DNA of 64,000 nucleotides from Williopsis jadinii. Its lineage: Eukaryota. The notes under the pieces are model-generated. The model saw only the letters and a list, made by a program, of their open reading frames with translations. It did no database searches and had not been told where the DNA came from. The position numbers and the translations under genes are program-made. Below are positions 22,081-33,399 of the stretch, in pieces (the first letter of the stretch is position 1; the number at the start of each line of letters is the position of its first letter). The DNA lies in contig AP024665.1 in NCBI GenBank assembly GCA_024346625.1, positions 310,001-374,000 of the forward strand. Direction: 5' to 3'.

Positions 22081-22427
22081 CATAGGTTCATCCCAATCAG
22101 GGAAACAAAGGCCCCTCTCGGACTTGGATACAAAGCGCTTCGCAAGTACGCTCATTAAGGTCGTGTCCAGACTTACAAGACTCCGCCAGAACTGAATGTT
22201 TTCTAAACAAGGCTACCCTGTACTTGCTGGCGTCCGTCCTTTCCCTCTATTGTAGCCCAGCCAAATTGACATATACTGTCGAGTCAGTTTCAAAAAGCAG
22301 CCAGACGACCTTCAAAGGCATATTGACGACCTCGCAGCAAAGTACCCTTTCCTAAATTGTTATTTCAGATAGCGGTTCGGGAATTAACTTTAAGAGAAAC
22401 GGTCTTGAAACAATTTTAGGCGCTTAA
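22081..22427 (+). mobile_element. Degenerate IS607-family transposase (TnpA: MerR-like HTH plus serine recombinase) relic
   Basis: Three successive frames read FIPIRETKAPLGLGYKALRKYAH*GRVQTYKTP / IDIYCRVSFKKQPDDLQRHIDDLAAKYP / IVISDSGSGINFKRNGLETIL. These are collinear with the recalled IS607 TnpA motifs (LG...TLRKYAD.G.I...TP; Y.RVSS.KQ.DDL.RQ; I.D.GSG.N.KR.GL..IL). Two frameshifts, in-frame stops, 3' truncated. Confidence 0.85.
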
Positions 22428-22451
22428 GTTTTCACGCTTTTCTTGTGTCAT

Positions 22452-22483
<32 letters not shown>
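22452..22483. repeat. (AAC)10 microsatellite
   Basis: Perfect trinucleotide run between the IS607 relic and the ATG at 22512. Confidence 0.95.
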
Positions 22484-22511
22484 GGGAATCTCAGTTACCT
22501 GACGTATAAAG

Positions 22512-25075
22512 ATGGTGGAACTTGGTAGAATTATCCGATTAGGCACTTTCTTAACTGTCCTGATTGTCCATACTGCAACCGCTGTGGGTGGCGATGATGG
22601 TGACTGTGATGATGACGATTACTATGTGGACTCAGAGCTCTGTGACAGTTACTATGAAATATCACCACGCATCGACATGAGTTCATGTGTATGAAGATAC
22701 CTTTTGAAATAAAATGATATCCTCATATTTGATGCCACTGGACGACTATGATACTAACACGTTTGCAACAGAAACAACAATTCTACACATGTTTTGCTCG
22801 CGGTTATAACGATGCATACCTATGCGAAGGGTGTTCCTTCGTAGCTAGTTGTGTTGAAGACGAACCGAGTGACATGTTTGACGCTGATTGCGGATGCACT
22901 TGCTGCTGGTATCAATATCTCTTCAACTACTGTTTCAAAAACTTGTGCACTGATATGGATGAATATGTTCGTATTAAGACCTATCTTGATGAGGTTTGTG
23001 AAGCTGCGCCACTGAAAGAGAAGTTACAACCATATATCGAATCCTACGAAAATTTCAGTCCGACAGATAGAATTACAATGTTCTACTCTGATGAAGGAGC
23101 TCTCTACCGCTCTTTGGAAGCTGACGAAAAGGAGGCCTTGTTTGGTTACATCTCCGACATCTTCGATTTTGATACGCTCAGCTTTGCACCAGAGGCTTTA
23201 AAGAAGAGGTCTTTAGACTATAACCACGGAAGGTCGAAGAGACAGAAGATTCTGAAAGGAGAGAAACTCATTAAATGGGGAAGCCAAGATGAGAGGATCA
23301 ATTTTGCATCTCTCAATCCCGAGGAGTTTGAAGATGTTGATGAAACAGATTTCAAAAGCAAATACGATGTTAGCGTCGAGGAGATGAGTCATGAACTGTT
23401 TGGTATGAAGAAGCGTTCTGGTGAGTATAATACCAGAGACTTGAAGTCCATAATCACAACTGCTCTTTCTGCATTTCTCACGGGGAAGAAGCCGGTCACA
23501 TCAGACCTTATCCAAGAGGTCTATCTTTATACACGTGGTGATATAAACGTGTTACTTAATATTCTAAAGGACTGTATTCCAGGTGAGAAGTTGACGGTGT
23601 TTACAGACATACTTTCAAAAGCTGCACGTAACTTTGAGTTACCAGTTATCCCTGAAACGGATTTAATGACTCAGGTCGACCTGGAACCTATTGGCCTTGA
23701 GTTGACAGAGTTTTTTGATACAAATGATCTTCCTTATTTGCGTTTTGAAGCTTGCCGCATAGGGTTAAGTTGGAAAAAAATATCTGACTATCCTGAATGC
23801 AATATTGCTGGCTCTACAAAGTGTGGATGCATGTCCATTCTTATCGAAGAAAAGTGCTTTGAAGAGTATTTGAAAGATCAGGGAGCTCCAATATCTCAAG
23901 TCCAGGAGTATTTCCAAAATAGAATCCAGCATTTTTGTGGGAGTCATGAGAATGGTGAAAATCAAGGGACATTTCCTCATCATCTCTTGGATGATGAAGA
24001 ACAGATCGCATGGGCTTTTTCCTTACTCAACCATTTAAAAACAGTCGCATCTAAGCTAAGAATTTCTGAAGATTTAGATGAATATGAGGCCCAATACTTA
24101 TTTGACAGTTCTGTTAATCAGCTAAGTAGCAGTGACCATGCAAATGCGGCTGTTACCATTGATAAGTGTGAATTATCCCAAAAAGATCTCATAGATTACA
24201 TGCTTCCTCAAATGGATGACTGTGATATCCGCGGATTATACAAGTGCAAGAACAAAAATAAGAAGACAACATGCATTGGAACAGCAGTTGATAAGAACCA
24301 GTGTAATAATGCATGTTGCTTGGAAATAGAAATGGCTAAATGTGCAGAATCATTTTGTGACACCAAATGGCCAGTGATTCATTTCATGAGGGCTGCTAAT
24401 CTTATTTGTTTTGAGTACGCTGATAAATCTTTCATGAATGGTCAATTACCATTTCCGTCTATTGGGCTTCCAAATGAAGAGTCAACTGCAAGAGACGAAT
24501 GCCCGGAAGATTCCAACAATGATGATAATGCTGACGATGGCGATAATGATGATCACTTTAATGATGACTCCAAGGAGAAAGATGAAGATAACTATAATGA
24601 TATTGATGATTGTATTGAATCAGAATGCGATGAACATCCTTTTCTAGATGGATTTGATGACGAAACAAATGATGAAAATAGCAAAACGGAGTTAACATGG
24701 TCGTCTATAAGCAATATTTTGAAAAGAGCGACAGACTCTGAGGATGACTACTACGACGTGAAATCTCGAGTCGGAGAGCCTGTTTGTGAAATTGAGCCGT
24801 TTGATCCAGGCTTTGACAATACCTCTTGTGATAAAAAGCAAGTGAAAACTTGTATCAAAGATGGGATTCAAATGTTGAAGGATGATCCAAGACACTTTTG
24901 CCCTTATTGTCAAAATGACAATGCATATGACGAATGCCGTTGTGCATGCTGTTTTGGAAAGTACTTCAGTAAGGTCTGTTACGATCCAAATTGCGAGGAT
25001 GTGAGTGAAAGATTGAGATATAAGCGTTATGTCAGAGAAATTTGTAAAGTCAGACCAGTAAAAATCAAAGAATAA
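22512..25075 (+). CDS. Secreted acidic Cys-rich protein with four related Cys modules and dibasic sites; 2 exons (22512-22688, 22772-25075), 826 aa
   Basis: Signal-peptide-like MVELGRIIRLGTFLTVLIVHTATAVG. 83-nt intron GTATGA..TACTAAC..CAG joins the two ORFs in frame. Repeated C-x-C-x-CC-like clusters; KKR/KR sites. Confidence 0.8.
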
Positions 25076-25142
25076 AATCATACAGAATTGCTTTGCTGAT
25101 GCTCTTTAATACATTATATTTTAGCTTATAATTAACTCATAG

Positions 25143-27939
25143 TCAAAGAATCTCAACCTCACCAGCCAATTCTAATCTTCTACTGCTTGACCCGACGTAC
25201 AATTTGTACGTTCCCGGAATAATTACCCAACTTTGATCTTCTGTATCCCAGACACTAATATCCCTTCTCAAAATGTCAAACTCAAGTTTACCACTCTCTC
25301 CAGGTTTTAAGTGAACCTTGTCAAAGCCTCTCAACTGTCTTGGTGTTCTAATACCGTCATAGCCAGAAGGGTAATCAATGTATAACTCACCGACGTAAGC
25401 TCCTTCAACATCACCGATATTGGTAACCTCAGCGTGGACGCTATAAAGAGTATTCCACAATGCATCATTTCCACCTAGACCACCGCCAGAGATTGGTTCT
25501 TGATAGCACTCCTCCTCTGTGTACCCTTCGGGATACTCATATTCATCAACACTGTATATTTTCTCATTGAATAAATATGGGTAGACGAATCCAGGAACAG
25601 GTGAAAATTCCTTAAAAGGGAAAAGAGCATCCTCAACATCTCTCAACTTTTCCTCAGCAAAAACATACTCATCTAAATACGGTGGTGGATAAGGCAAATC
25701 GGTAGTTGGTGGTAAAATTTCCTTTATCGATAAGTCAGAAAGAGAGAATTTTGTATAGGAAAGTCCATAACCAAATTCAAATCGTGGTCTTATCCCATTT
25801 TCATCGAAGAAACGGTAATCAAGAAGTCTGTTTAAATCATCTGTCGGTTTTCCCTTGATAGGAATTTTGTCAATTATTGGAACATATTGATCCCATTTTC
25901 TTGCAATTGTGAATGGTAACCGTCCACTTGGGTTTACCTCACCGAATAAAACTTCAGCAATAGCCTTCCCAAAGTACTGTCCCAAAGGAGCAGAGAGGAG
26001 AACGGCAACAACATTTTCATTATCAATGAAAGGTTCAAGATCTACTGGACCGGTTGCTGTGATTACAACAACAGTTTTATGACATCTGCTTGCAATATGA
26101 TCGATCAACTCCTCTGAATTTTGCCACAATGACAAGTTCTTTCGATCACCAAAGTTACCATCAACTTCGATATAACCTTCGCCAGATGATGCCATAGCAA
26201 ATACAACAGCCATATCCGCATACTCCGCAATATCATCCACGTGATCAAGATCATATTGATCAGATGTGAAGTCTATAACCATGTCGCGTTCTCTAGCCTT
26301 TTGCACGATGGCTTCATATGGAGTGATACCATACGGTGCATTAACACTTGCAGAGCCCCATCCTTGGAACAAGGCACCACCAACGCTCTTTTGATCCTTT
26401 GAATTAAAACCCTTAGAGTCCGGACCTGCCGCTGCACCTGCAATCAATAACCTTCTAATACCATCCTTTTCAGATATTGGAAGATTGTGTCCGTCATTTT
26501 TAAGTAGCACAATCGCTTCACGTGCAACCTCTAAGGCTGTCCATTCTGTGCTATCATCTCTCAGGTCGACGTGATAGTTTGTTTGTTTAATGGGACCATA
26601 GCTTTGGAAGGGGAATTCTTGGTCATATGTGTGGAAAGTCCACGAACTAAAGTTTGGCAAGTCTTCTTCATAATCAGAGTTCGGTAGTTTGGAATCGATG
26701 GAGAAGAAGGATGCCAAAATTCTACTAACCATGTCGTTGAGTCTGGATTGTGGAATCGTTTCATTGTAAACAGCTCTTGTCAAGAGCGGACCCCAATACG
26801 ACTTACCACTGCACCAATCTCCAAATATTTCCCCCGGCATTGTCATATCCAAACCAGACAATGCTGAATCAACACCAGTATGTTGAGCACCCCAATCACT
26901 GACAACGAAGCCTTGAAATCCTAACTCCTCCTTCAAAAGATAATTCAAGAGGTACGAGTTTTCACAAGCATAAGTCCCATTGACTCTATTATATGAGCAC
27001 ATAACACCACCAACCCCTGCATGAACAACATCTGCCCAAGGCCATAAATAGATCTCATGCATAACACGATCTTTGATCACTGAATTGATAGATTCGCTCA
27101 AACGATCCCAATCACCACCGGTCCACTCATTAACCTGTCTAAATCTCTCTTGCTCGTTACCGATAAACTGGCGAGCGGCAGCAACAACACCTTGACTTTG
27201 AATGCCTTGGACTGTACAGGCACCTGCTATACCTTGAAGGTATGGATCAAACCCAAAACTCTCCCAGTTTCTACCGCCTTGAGCTTTATATCCAATAGGA
27301 CCAATTGTTGGACCTAAGAGAATATCGACTCCTTTCAGCTTTGCTTCCAATCCAATGGCTCTACCTCTTGTATACATCAAATGTTTATTGAAAGTTGAAC
27401 CAGTAGCCAAACCTGAGGGAAAGTTTGTAATGAAATCAGTAAATCTGATCCCGTTAGGCCCATCCTGGAGACAAAGCGAGGGAATGTTAAGTCTTGGGAC
27501 ACTTCCAGTATTACCAACACAAGGCCCAGAACCCCAACCAGTACCAGTAGTCAAGTTAACCTTTTCCAATATTGTCATCTCACTAACCACGTCTCTTGCC
27601 TTCGCATATGCTGCTTGCCACACCTTTTGGAGTCTTCCACCAGCGGCTATATGACGGTGTTAGTTATGCGTGGTCATGTTGCTCACCTGTGAGGGTTAAC
27701 AAGATATAATCTGTCAAAGTGCTTGGTATAAACAAACGAGAAGGGTAGTACGGTAGACTGTAGAAATCAATATCATCAACATCTCGGTCGGTGTTTGTGT
27801 CATCGTCTATAGGATCTGGGTTCACGTATAAGGGCTTCTTTTCAAACTCCCTTGTTTCCAAAGACTGCACATACTGAGCAGAATAAAGCACAAGCATCAT
27901 GAAAGTGCCTATCTTCACGAGTTTAGATTTCATCTTCAA
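25143..27939 (-). CDS. Secreted GH3 beta-glucosidase; exons 27939-27738 and 27646-25143, about 901 aa
   Basis: Signal peptide, YYPS|PAGGR junction, EKVNLTTGTGW, LCLQDGP, GGRNWE, MCSYN, nucleophile SDWGA, acid/base SGEGY, FGYGLSYT, Fn3-like C-terminus (QLRGFDKV). Confidence 0.92.
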
Positions 27940-28165
27940 GTGTTGGCTGTCTGGTTGAGTCGAAAAGGTGTATATGAGTAAGGAACATCAACAAATTTGA
28001 GCTGCTGATAACGAACTTATAAAACAAGATGACACAAAACCGAAAAGGAGAAAGAGTAAGGCTCACGTCAGCGGCTATAAATACATCGATAATTTGGCAC
28101 CCAAACAATTTTTCACAGTTCAAAACAGGGTGTTCACACAAACCAAACGAGAAAGCCATGTTTTC

Positions 28166-28720
28166 CTACTTGGATACTTCAGAGGATTCATCGTTGTGCT
28201 GGGTCATGTTGGGTACAGACACTGGTGACATGACTGTGTTGAAAGTGTGATTACTCGAATTGTTCGTAGTGTAGAGATGGCTGCTCATACTCAGCTGTCT
28301 GTTCACATGGTCTCTTCTATCCATGATACTAGCAGGCGGAATGCCCGTAGTACTGGCATTTGTGAAAAGCGTTGGGTGATCAGACTGCACGGTGTTTGAA
28401 GTCTGGTGGGAATGATCTGAAAACGTAGATGACCTTGCAGATATGGTGGATATTGATATCATAGGGCGTGTGCTGGCGTTGTCAAAACGTGTAGTGACAC
28501 TTGTATCAGCAATTGATGGAGACTTGGAATAAGCCTTACGTGAATCATTCTCAAAATTTACACTTTGTGCCCCCGCATTTGTAGACGAATCATCATCCTC
28601 CTGTTTACCTTGAAACCGAGCAGTTTTCCTTGAGTTTCCAGCACCATTATCCTCGCTCTTTGAAGAACGATGATTCAACGCTATGTGGTCTCTTTTAAAA
28701 TGTTCCTTTGGTGGTGGCAT
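28166..28720 (-). CDS. Hypothetical Ser/Thr-rich disordered protein (184 aa)
   Basis: ATG-initiated ORF filling the intergenic space; low-complexity composition; no recognised domain. Confidence 0.6.
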   Translation of the reverse strand: MPPPKEHFKRDHIALNHRSSKSEDNGAGNSRKTARFQGKQEDDDSSTNAGAQSVNFENDSRKAYSKSPSIADTSVTTRFDNASTRPMISISTISARSSTFSDHSHQTSNTVQSDHPTLFTNASTTGIPPASIMDRRDHVNRQLSMSSHLYTTNNSSNHTFNTVMSPVSVPNMTQHNDESSEVSK

Positions 28721-29266
28721 GCTCTTTGATTGTATAAACCTCTTAACCCACGAAAAACGACCTTGTTTGGTCCTCTTGATTGATTCGCCTTTGGTGAGGT
28801 TAGTAATTCGAAAATATTAGAAGTGGCATACAACATCACGAACCAGAATCGCTACCGGGATCTCTAATGTTATTTGTCATTTGTATTTGTCCCTTATGGT
28901 ACAACCTCAGATACACAGAAGTTGTAAGGCTAGGTAAATGCACGCCAGAATTGTTTTCGCAAGTCGAGAACTCGCGTTTTTTGCTCTCATTATTTCTCAC
29001 CATGCTTGCTCTAGATATACTGATTTCAGCGCATGTCTTACATTTAAATTGGTAGGCGAGATCACAACACAGGCTAAGTACACTGAAAAGTATCCAAATT
29101 GAAATCGCATGTATTTAATAATAAACATATATCACTAATAGCCATACCTTGTTGACCCGTTGACCCATAAAAATAGTAAAGCACCCGTTGTTGATAAACA
29201 AAAGGTTATCAACATAAACAGACACTGACTCGTGTGGTTTGCACACCGAAGCTCCTTAGAAGTAAC

Positions 29267-29698
29267 CTAAGAGGACAACTGCACTTTATTATCCGTTGCA
29301 CGGTGAATATCCGATGGCGTATAAGATGGGGGCTGTTCTTCTATTATCACACTTGTACCAGTGATCGCCTGATCAGAGTATACTGGGCCTGTCTGTGTAG
29401 ATGTATCTGTTTGGTCGTTACCTTCTGGAAGTCTCTCATAATCCGGATATGCCACACGTCTTGCTTGGTCACCCGTTACCGGACTTGTTATGTAAATGAT
29501 GTAGATGGAGTGTAGAGTCCCTGGAAGACCAAACATCATGGTCAACAGAACGTTTAATAAGAGTTGCTTGGTCCAAAACCCTGATCTTATGGCCACTGGC
29601 AATGGAGGGAAGAAGAAGGCGATCAAATAAAGGAAAACATCCTCCGGGTCCACGGATCTTCTATGTGTCTGCAAATGTTGCTCCTGGTAATCAGTCAT
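29267..29698 (-). CDS. Pmp3/Sna family proteolipid with C-terminal PPxY (Sna3/Sna4-like Rsp5 adaptor)
   Basis: LYLIAFFFPPLPVAIRSG...LLNVLLTMMFGLPGTLHSIYII Pmp3 signature; QPPSY motif; first ATG at 29698. Confidence 0.88.
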   Translation of the reverse strand: MTDYQEQHLQTHRRSVDPEDVFLYLIAFFFPPLPVAIRSGFWTKQLLLNVLLTMMFGLPGTLHSIYIIYITSPVTGDQARRVAYPDYERLPEGNDQTDTSTQTGPVYSDQAITGTSVIIEEQPPSYTPSDIHRATDNKVQLSS

Positions 29699-31138
29699 AT
29701 ATACTTCTATTACTAGAGAAGATAACACAATCTAAGTGAATGTTGTTAATCTAATGTTCCTGGGTGGCACATTAACACGCCCACACACAACAACAAGGCT
29801 TGTTTTTTTCCCCTGTTACCCCTGAGAATTTTTAGTGTTCGGTTTTCGGGATTTCAAAGCCCAGACTTCAAGCCCACTTTTATTATGACAAGTTAGGCTT
29901 TGTTTCTATTTTCTGGATGCTGAACAGTTTTAGGGTAGATCTAACGACCTTCAGACTGGGTTAGTTAGTAGATGTGCAACTTTGAGAATTGGTTTGCTAA
30001 CTTGGGATTCATTAGGATATCTATTTGAATACCGATGTTCTTTTCTCAATTACCGGCCACCGGGAAACAATCACCCAAAATTTTATAAACCGGCGACCAA
30101 AAAGAAAGTTCGACAACTCATTTTTGATGAAATGAAACAAATGCCGCCAATGTACCGGGTGAATGAACTTAAATGATGATTTGAGGAGCGCAACGGAAAA
30201 AAAAAAGGCGCAGATTCTCAAGATTTCGCCTCATCATACACCAGCAAAATACATTAGTTCCACATTGGTGCGTTGCTTCTTTAACATTTGTAACTTGATA
30301 GGCATTTATTACGTGACTTCCATACCGCATGTGTCCTCACTGAAGAGACCTCGTATCTGTGGCATGTCTGGCTTTGTACAAGTTAATTCATACAAGTTGA
30401 ATTACGATCCTCGCATCTCCTGAGACTTCCTCAGATCCCTGTATTCATCCCTAATAGAATATTTCGCCCTTGAAGGACAATATTGTTAATCGACCTCCAT
30501 ATTATCCATGTTGTTGTCGGGATTTCTACTGTACTGCAGATTTTAGAAAAAATTTTTTCTTGGGGTTTCAGCAGTCATGCAGAGTACAAAATTTGATGAA
30601 ATCCTTTATGGGTCGCCCAATGATCAGTCTTCAAACACCCAACGAATTTTACCCCTTTGCGTCCATTCTGCACACTGCCACAATTTACTTTTTGCCAGAA
30701 GGAATGCGTTTTGACTGGGCTTATGAAATGTTATCTCTGTGAATCCTCGTGTACCTACGTTCAGATGCCCCTTGATGCGGATGTGATCCATGATGAATTT
30801 GAACATTGCATTTCAGTGTTGTGTTGCCAAGCCTTTGGCTCCGCGTGCGTTGTGGTTACTACAGAATTAACTATTGGTTCCGGCAACTCAGTTCGGTAAT
30901 CGAAGTAACTTGGGGCTGGAATTCTTGCCAGTTTTCGGTGAGCTATGCAAGATTGGGGCTGTGGTTGCAATGTACTACAACTCACGATGCCGGGAGCTGC
31001 ACACCTTTCCCGACAATATAAAGAAGCGATTTCCACTTTTTTTTTTCAAAACATGGTCCAAGACTAACGTTGAATGCTACTACTCAAAGGAGCTTGATTA
31101 TTTCTCTAAGCAATTCCAACTTCAGATACCCAGCTCGA

Positions 31139-32197
31139 ATGACTTCTCTCTACAACCAACCTTCATCATTCACTTCCTTTTCACATACACAGATGGCTGA
31201 TCACGTTGACACAAACCACCTACCACAAGGGGGAGATACATATTATTATTACACTCAACTTGGGAATCCAAATTTGAACGACGAGAGAGCAAGAACAATA
31301 GCTTTACAGTCACATATGTTCTCTCAGTCGTATACAACTCCACCAATGGACATGCAACTTTCAAACCCGCAATATGGACTGATAGATACTCAACAGGTTC
31401 CAATGCCAATGTCTAGCCCCACTGTGGCCTTAAACAATGGACAGTACGACAATGGCATCACAAGCACTTATTACTATGGAGCTCGACAAGAACTCCCGTT
31501 TAACTATAACAGTGCAGTTTCTAACCCATGGTTACAGCATCCAGCTAGTAATATTAACATGGTAGACTCAGCGTCTTCGTTGCAATCGCAGATTAGCCAA
31601 CACTCACTTATTATACCAGAATCATCACAGTTATCGTACAGTAATATGGAATTTTCTGTCACGTCAAATACCACATCCACAAGTAGAAGCTCTATAGATC
31701 GAGTTTCTAAACCAGAGGGGACACGAAAGAAGCGAGTATCGAAGGACGGGAAAGCTTGTAAAAAAGCCGAAGAGATATACAAATGTGAGTTTTGTCAGAA
31801 AACGTTCACAAAGAAGTATAGTTTGAATTCGCACAGAAAGACCCATAGTACTGCAAAGCCGTTCCAATGTTCGCATTGTGAACGTTCATTTGCACGTAAC
31901 CATGACCGAAGAAGACACGAATTTCTTCACCAGGGGATAAAGAGATTCCAATGTGGAGGGGTGCTGAAAGATGGTGTTACCCAATGGGGATGTGGAAAAA
32001 GATTCACAAGAGCCGATGGACTTGGGCGTCATTTCAGAACAGATGTCGGATGTCAGTGTATTAGGCCACTAATGGCTGAAGCTCGCGACGCGGAAGAAAC
32101 CCCTCTGCTCTATGTCGGGGCCAGACCTCTTGCGGTAAGCCGGTCCACAGAAGATGAAGTTGTTGAGAAGATATTAAAGAAGCTAACTCAGAAATAA
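31139..32197 (+). CDS. Crz1/Crz2-type C2H2 zinc-finger transcription factor (short, Crz2-like)
   Basis: Two canonical fingers plus the Crz1-type third finger [48 protein letters not shown] ~31016. Start at 31139 or 31193. Confidence 0.85.
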   Translation: MTSLYNQPSSFTSFSHTQMADHVDTNHLPQGGDTYYYYTQLGNPNLNDERARTIALQSHMFSQSYTTPPMDMQLSNPQYGLIDTQQVPMPMSSPTVALNNGQYDNGITSTYYYGARQELPFNYNSAVSNPWLQHPASNINMVDSASSLQSQISQHSLIIPESSQLSYSNMEFSVTSNTTSTSRSSIDRVSKPEGTRKKRVSKDGKACKKAEEIYKCEFCQKTFTKKYSLNSHRKTHSTAKPFQCSHCERSFARNHDRRRHEFLHQGIKRFQCGGVLKDGVTQWGCGKRFTRADGLGRHFRTDVGCQCIRPLMAEARDAEETPLLYVGARPLAVSRSTEDEVVEKILKKLTQK

Positions 32198-32555
32198 ATA
32201 CGTTAGTAAAATACTACGATTAAACTGAAAAGCTCCCCTGTACACTCACAATAGTTGTAAAATGTCCTCCAGGTCTAATAGTATAGTGTTTGAAGCTACG
32301 ATCTTACATCCAGACACCTAAGGGTTGAGGAGGTGAAAGAAAACAAAAAATCCCCTGAATCGACAGTCTGCAACATAATCTACAGACGCCACGTAGAGGG
32401 GATGATTTTTTCAACAAGGTAAAGATTTCACTCTGTAATAGTAGGTCATTAGTGTATATTATTAGATTATGTGACTTTTGTAGCAAAACCACCAGGTTTC
32501 ACAATGATGAACACATGAGGTATGAAAATTGAGTGTTCCTCTTTGGGTTATGAGT

Positions 32556-33373
32556 TTAATGGTCAGCGTCTTGGCCTGGGTTAGCAGTCTCGTAGTCCAA
32601 GAAGTGCAAGAATTGCCAGATACCAAAGGAAATAAAGGATCCCAACATTGGACCAACCCAGTAAATCCAGTGGTAGTTAGGGAAAGAACGTGCAGCGATA
32701 CATGGACCAAAAGATCTAGCTGGGTTCAAACCGGCACCAGTGTAGTACACACAAACCAAGTGTCCAATGAACAAGGAGATACCAATAGCCAATGGGGCCA
32801 TAAATGTAGCCTTGTGCTTCTCAACAGCCATGAACAAGACAGTGGTACACAAAAGACAGGTACCGAAAGCTTCAAGGAAGAGACCTCTGGATCTAGAACA
32901 GCCACCACCAAGGCCGTTGGCAAAGGCGATTGGACCCGGAGTCATAGCGGATGCAGCACCGGCAGCAGCCATACCTGCAACCATTTGGGAAATCATCATC
33001 AAAATACCTCTCACTGGTGGGATGGCTCTTGCAAGCATAAGAGTCAAGGTAACAGCAGGGTTCAAGTTACCACCAGAAACTCTGAAGAAAATGAAGACAG
33101 AAAACAGAACAGAGAAACCGAAACCGAAGGAAATCATAAGCAATTGAGGTGTGAACCAGGCTCACTAACAGATGTATCTTGGTTGGCAATTTGAGCGATA
33201 ACGAAAGCAGACCAAAGGAACATGAATGTACCTACAAATTCACCAGTAACAGCAACGAAGTGGTTTCTAACACCGTCATCGCCGAAAGTGAATTTGCTCT
33301 TTGGTACGTATGGTGGAATATACTCTTCAGTTGGTTGTGCAGCTTGAGCCTCAACGTCAGTTGGAGCAGACAT
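32556..33373 (-). pseudogene. AQY1: Orthodox aquaporin with frameshift near 33147-33149
   Basis: [19 protein letters not shown] in one frame; [27 protein letters not shown] and HWIYWVGP in another. No GT..branch..AG intron at the junction. Confidence 0.85.
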
Positions 33374-33399
33374 TCTTGTTGTATGTAATAGTTGTTAAC

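Noticed and set aside
33130..33180. Possible intron explaining the AQY1 frame change
   Set aside because: Protein homology is continuous across the junction with no room for an intron. The ACTAAC at about 33164 is on the wrong strand.
32529..33194. 221-aa plus-strand ORF over the aquaporin
   Set aside because: Antisense shadow of a codon-biased gene; the same applies to antisense ORFs over HXT, ArgRS and APT1.
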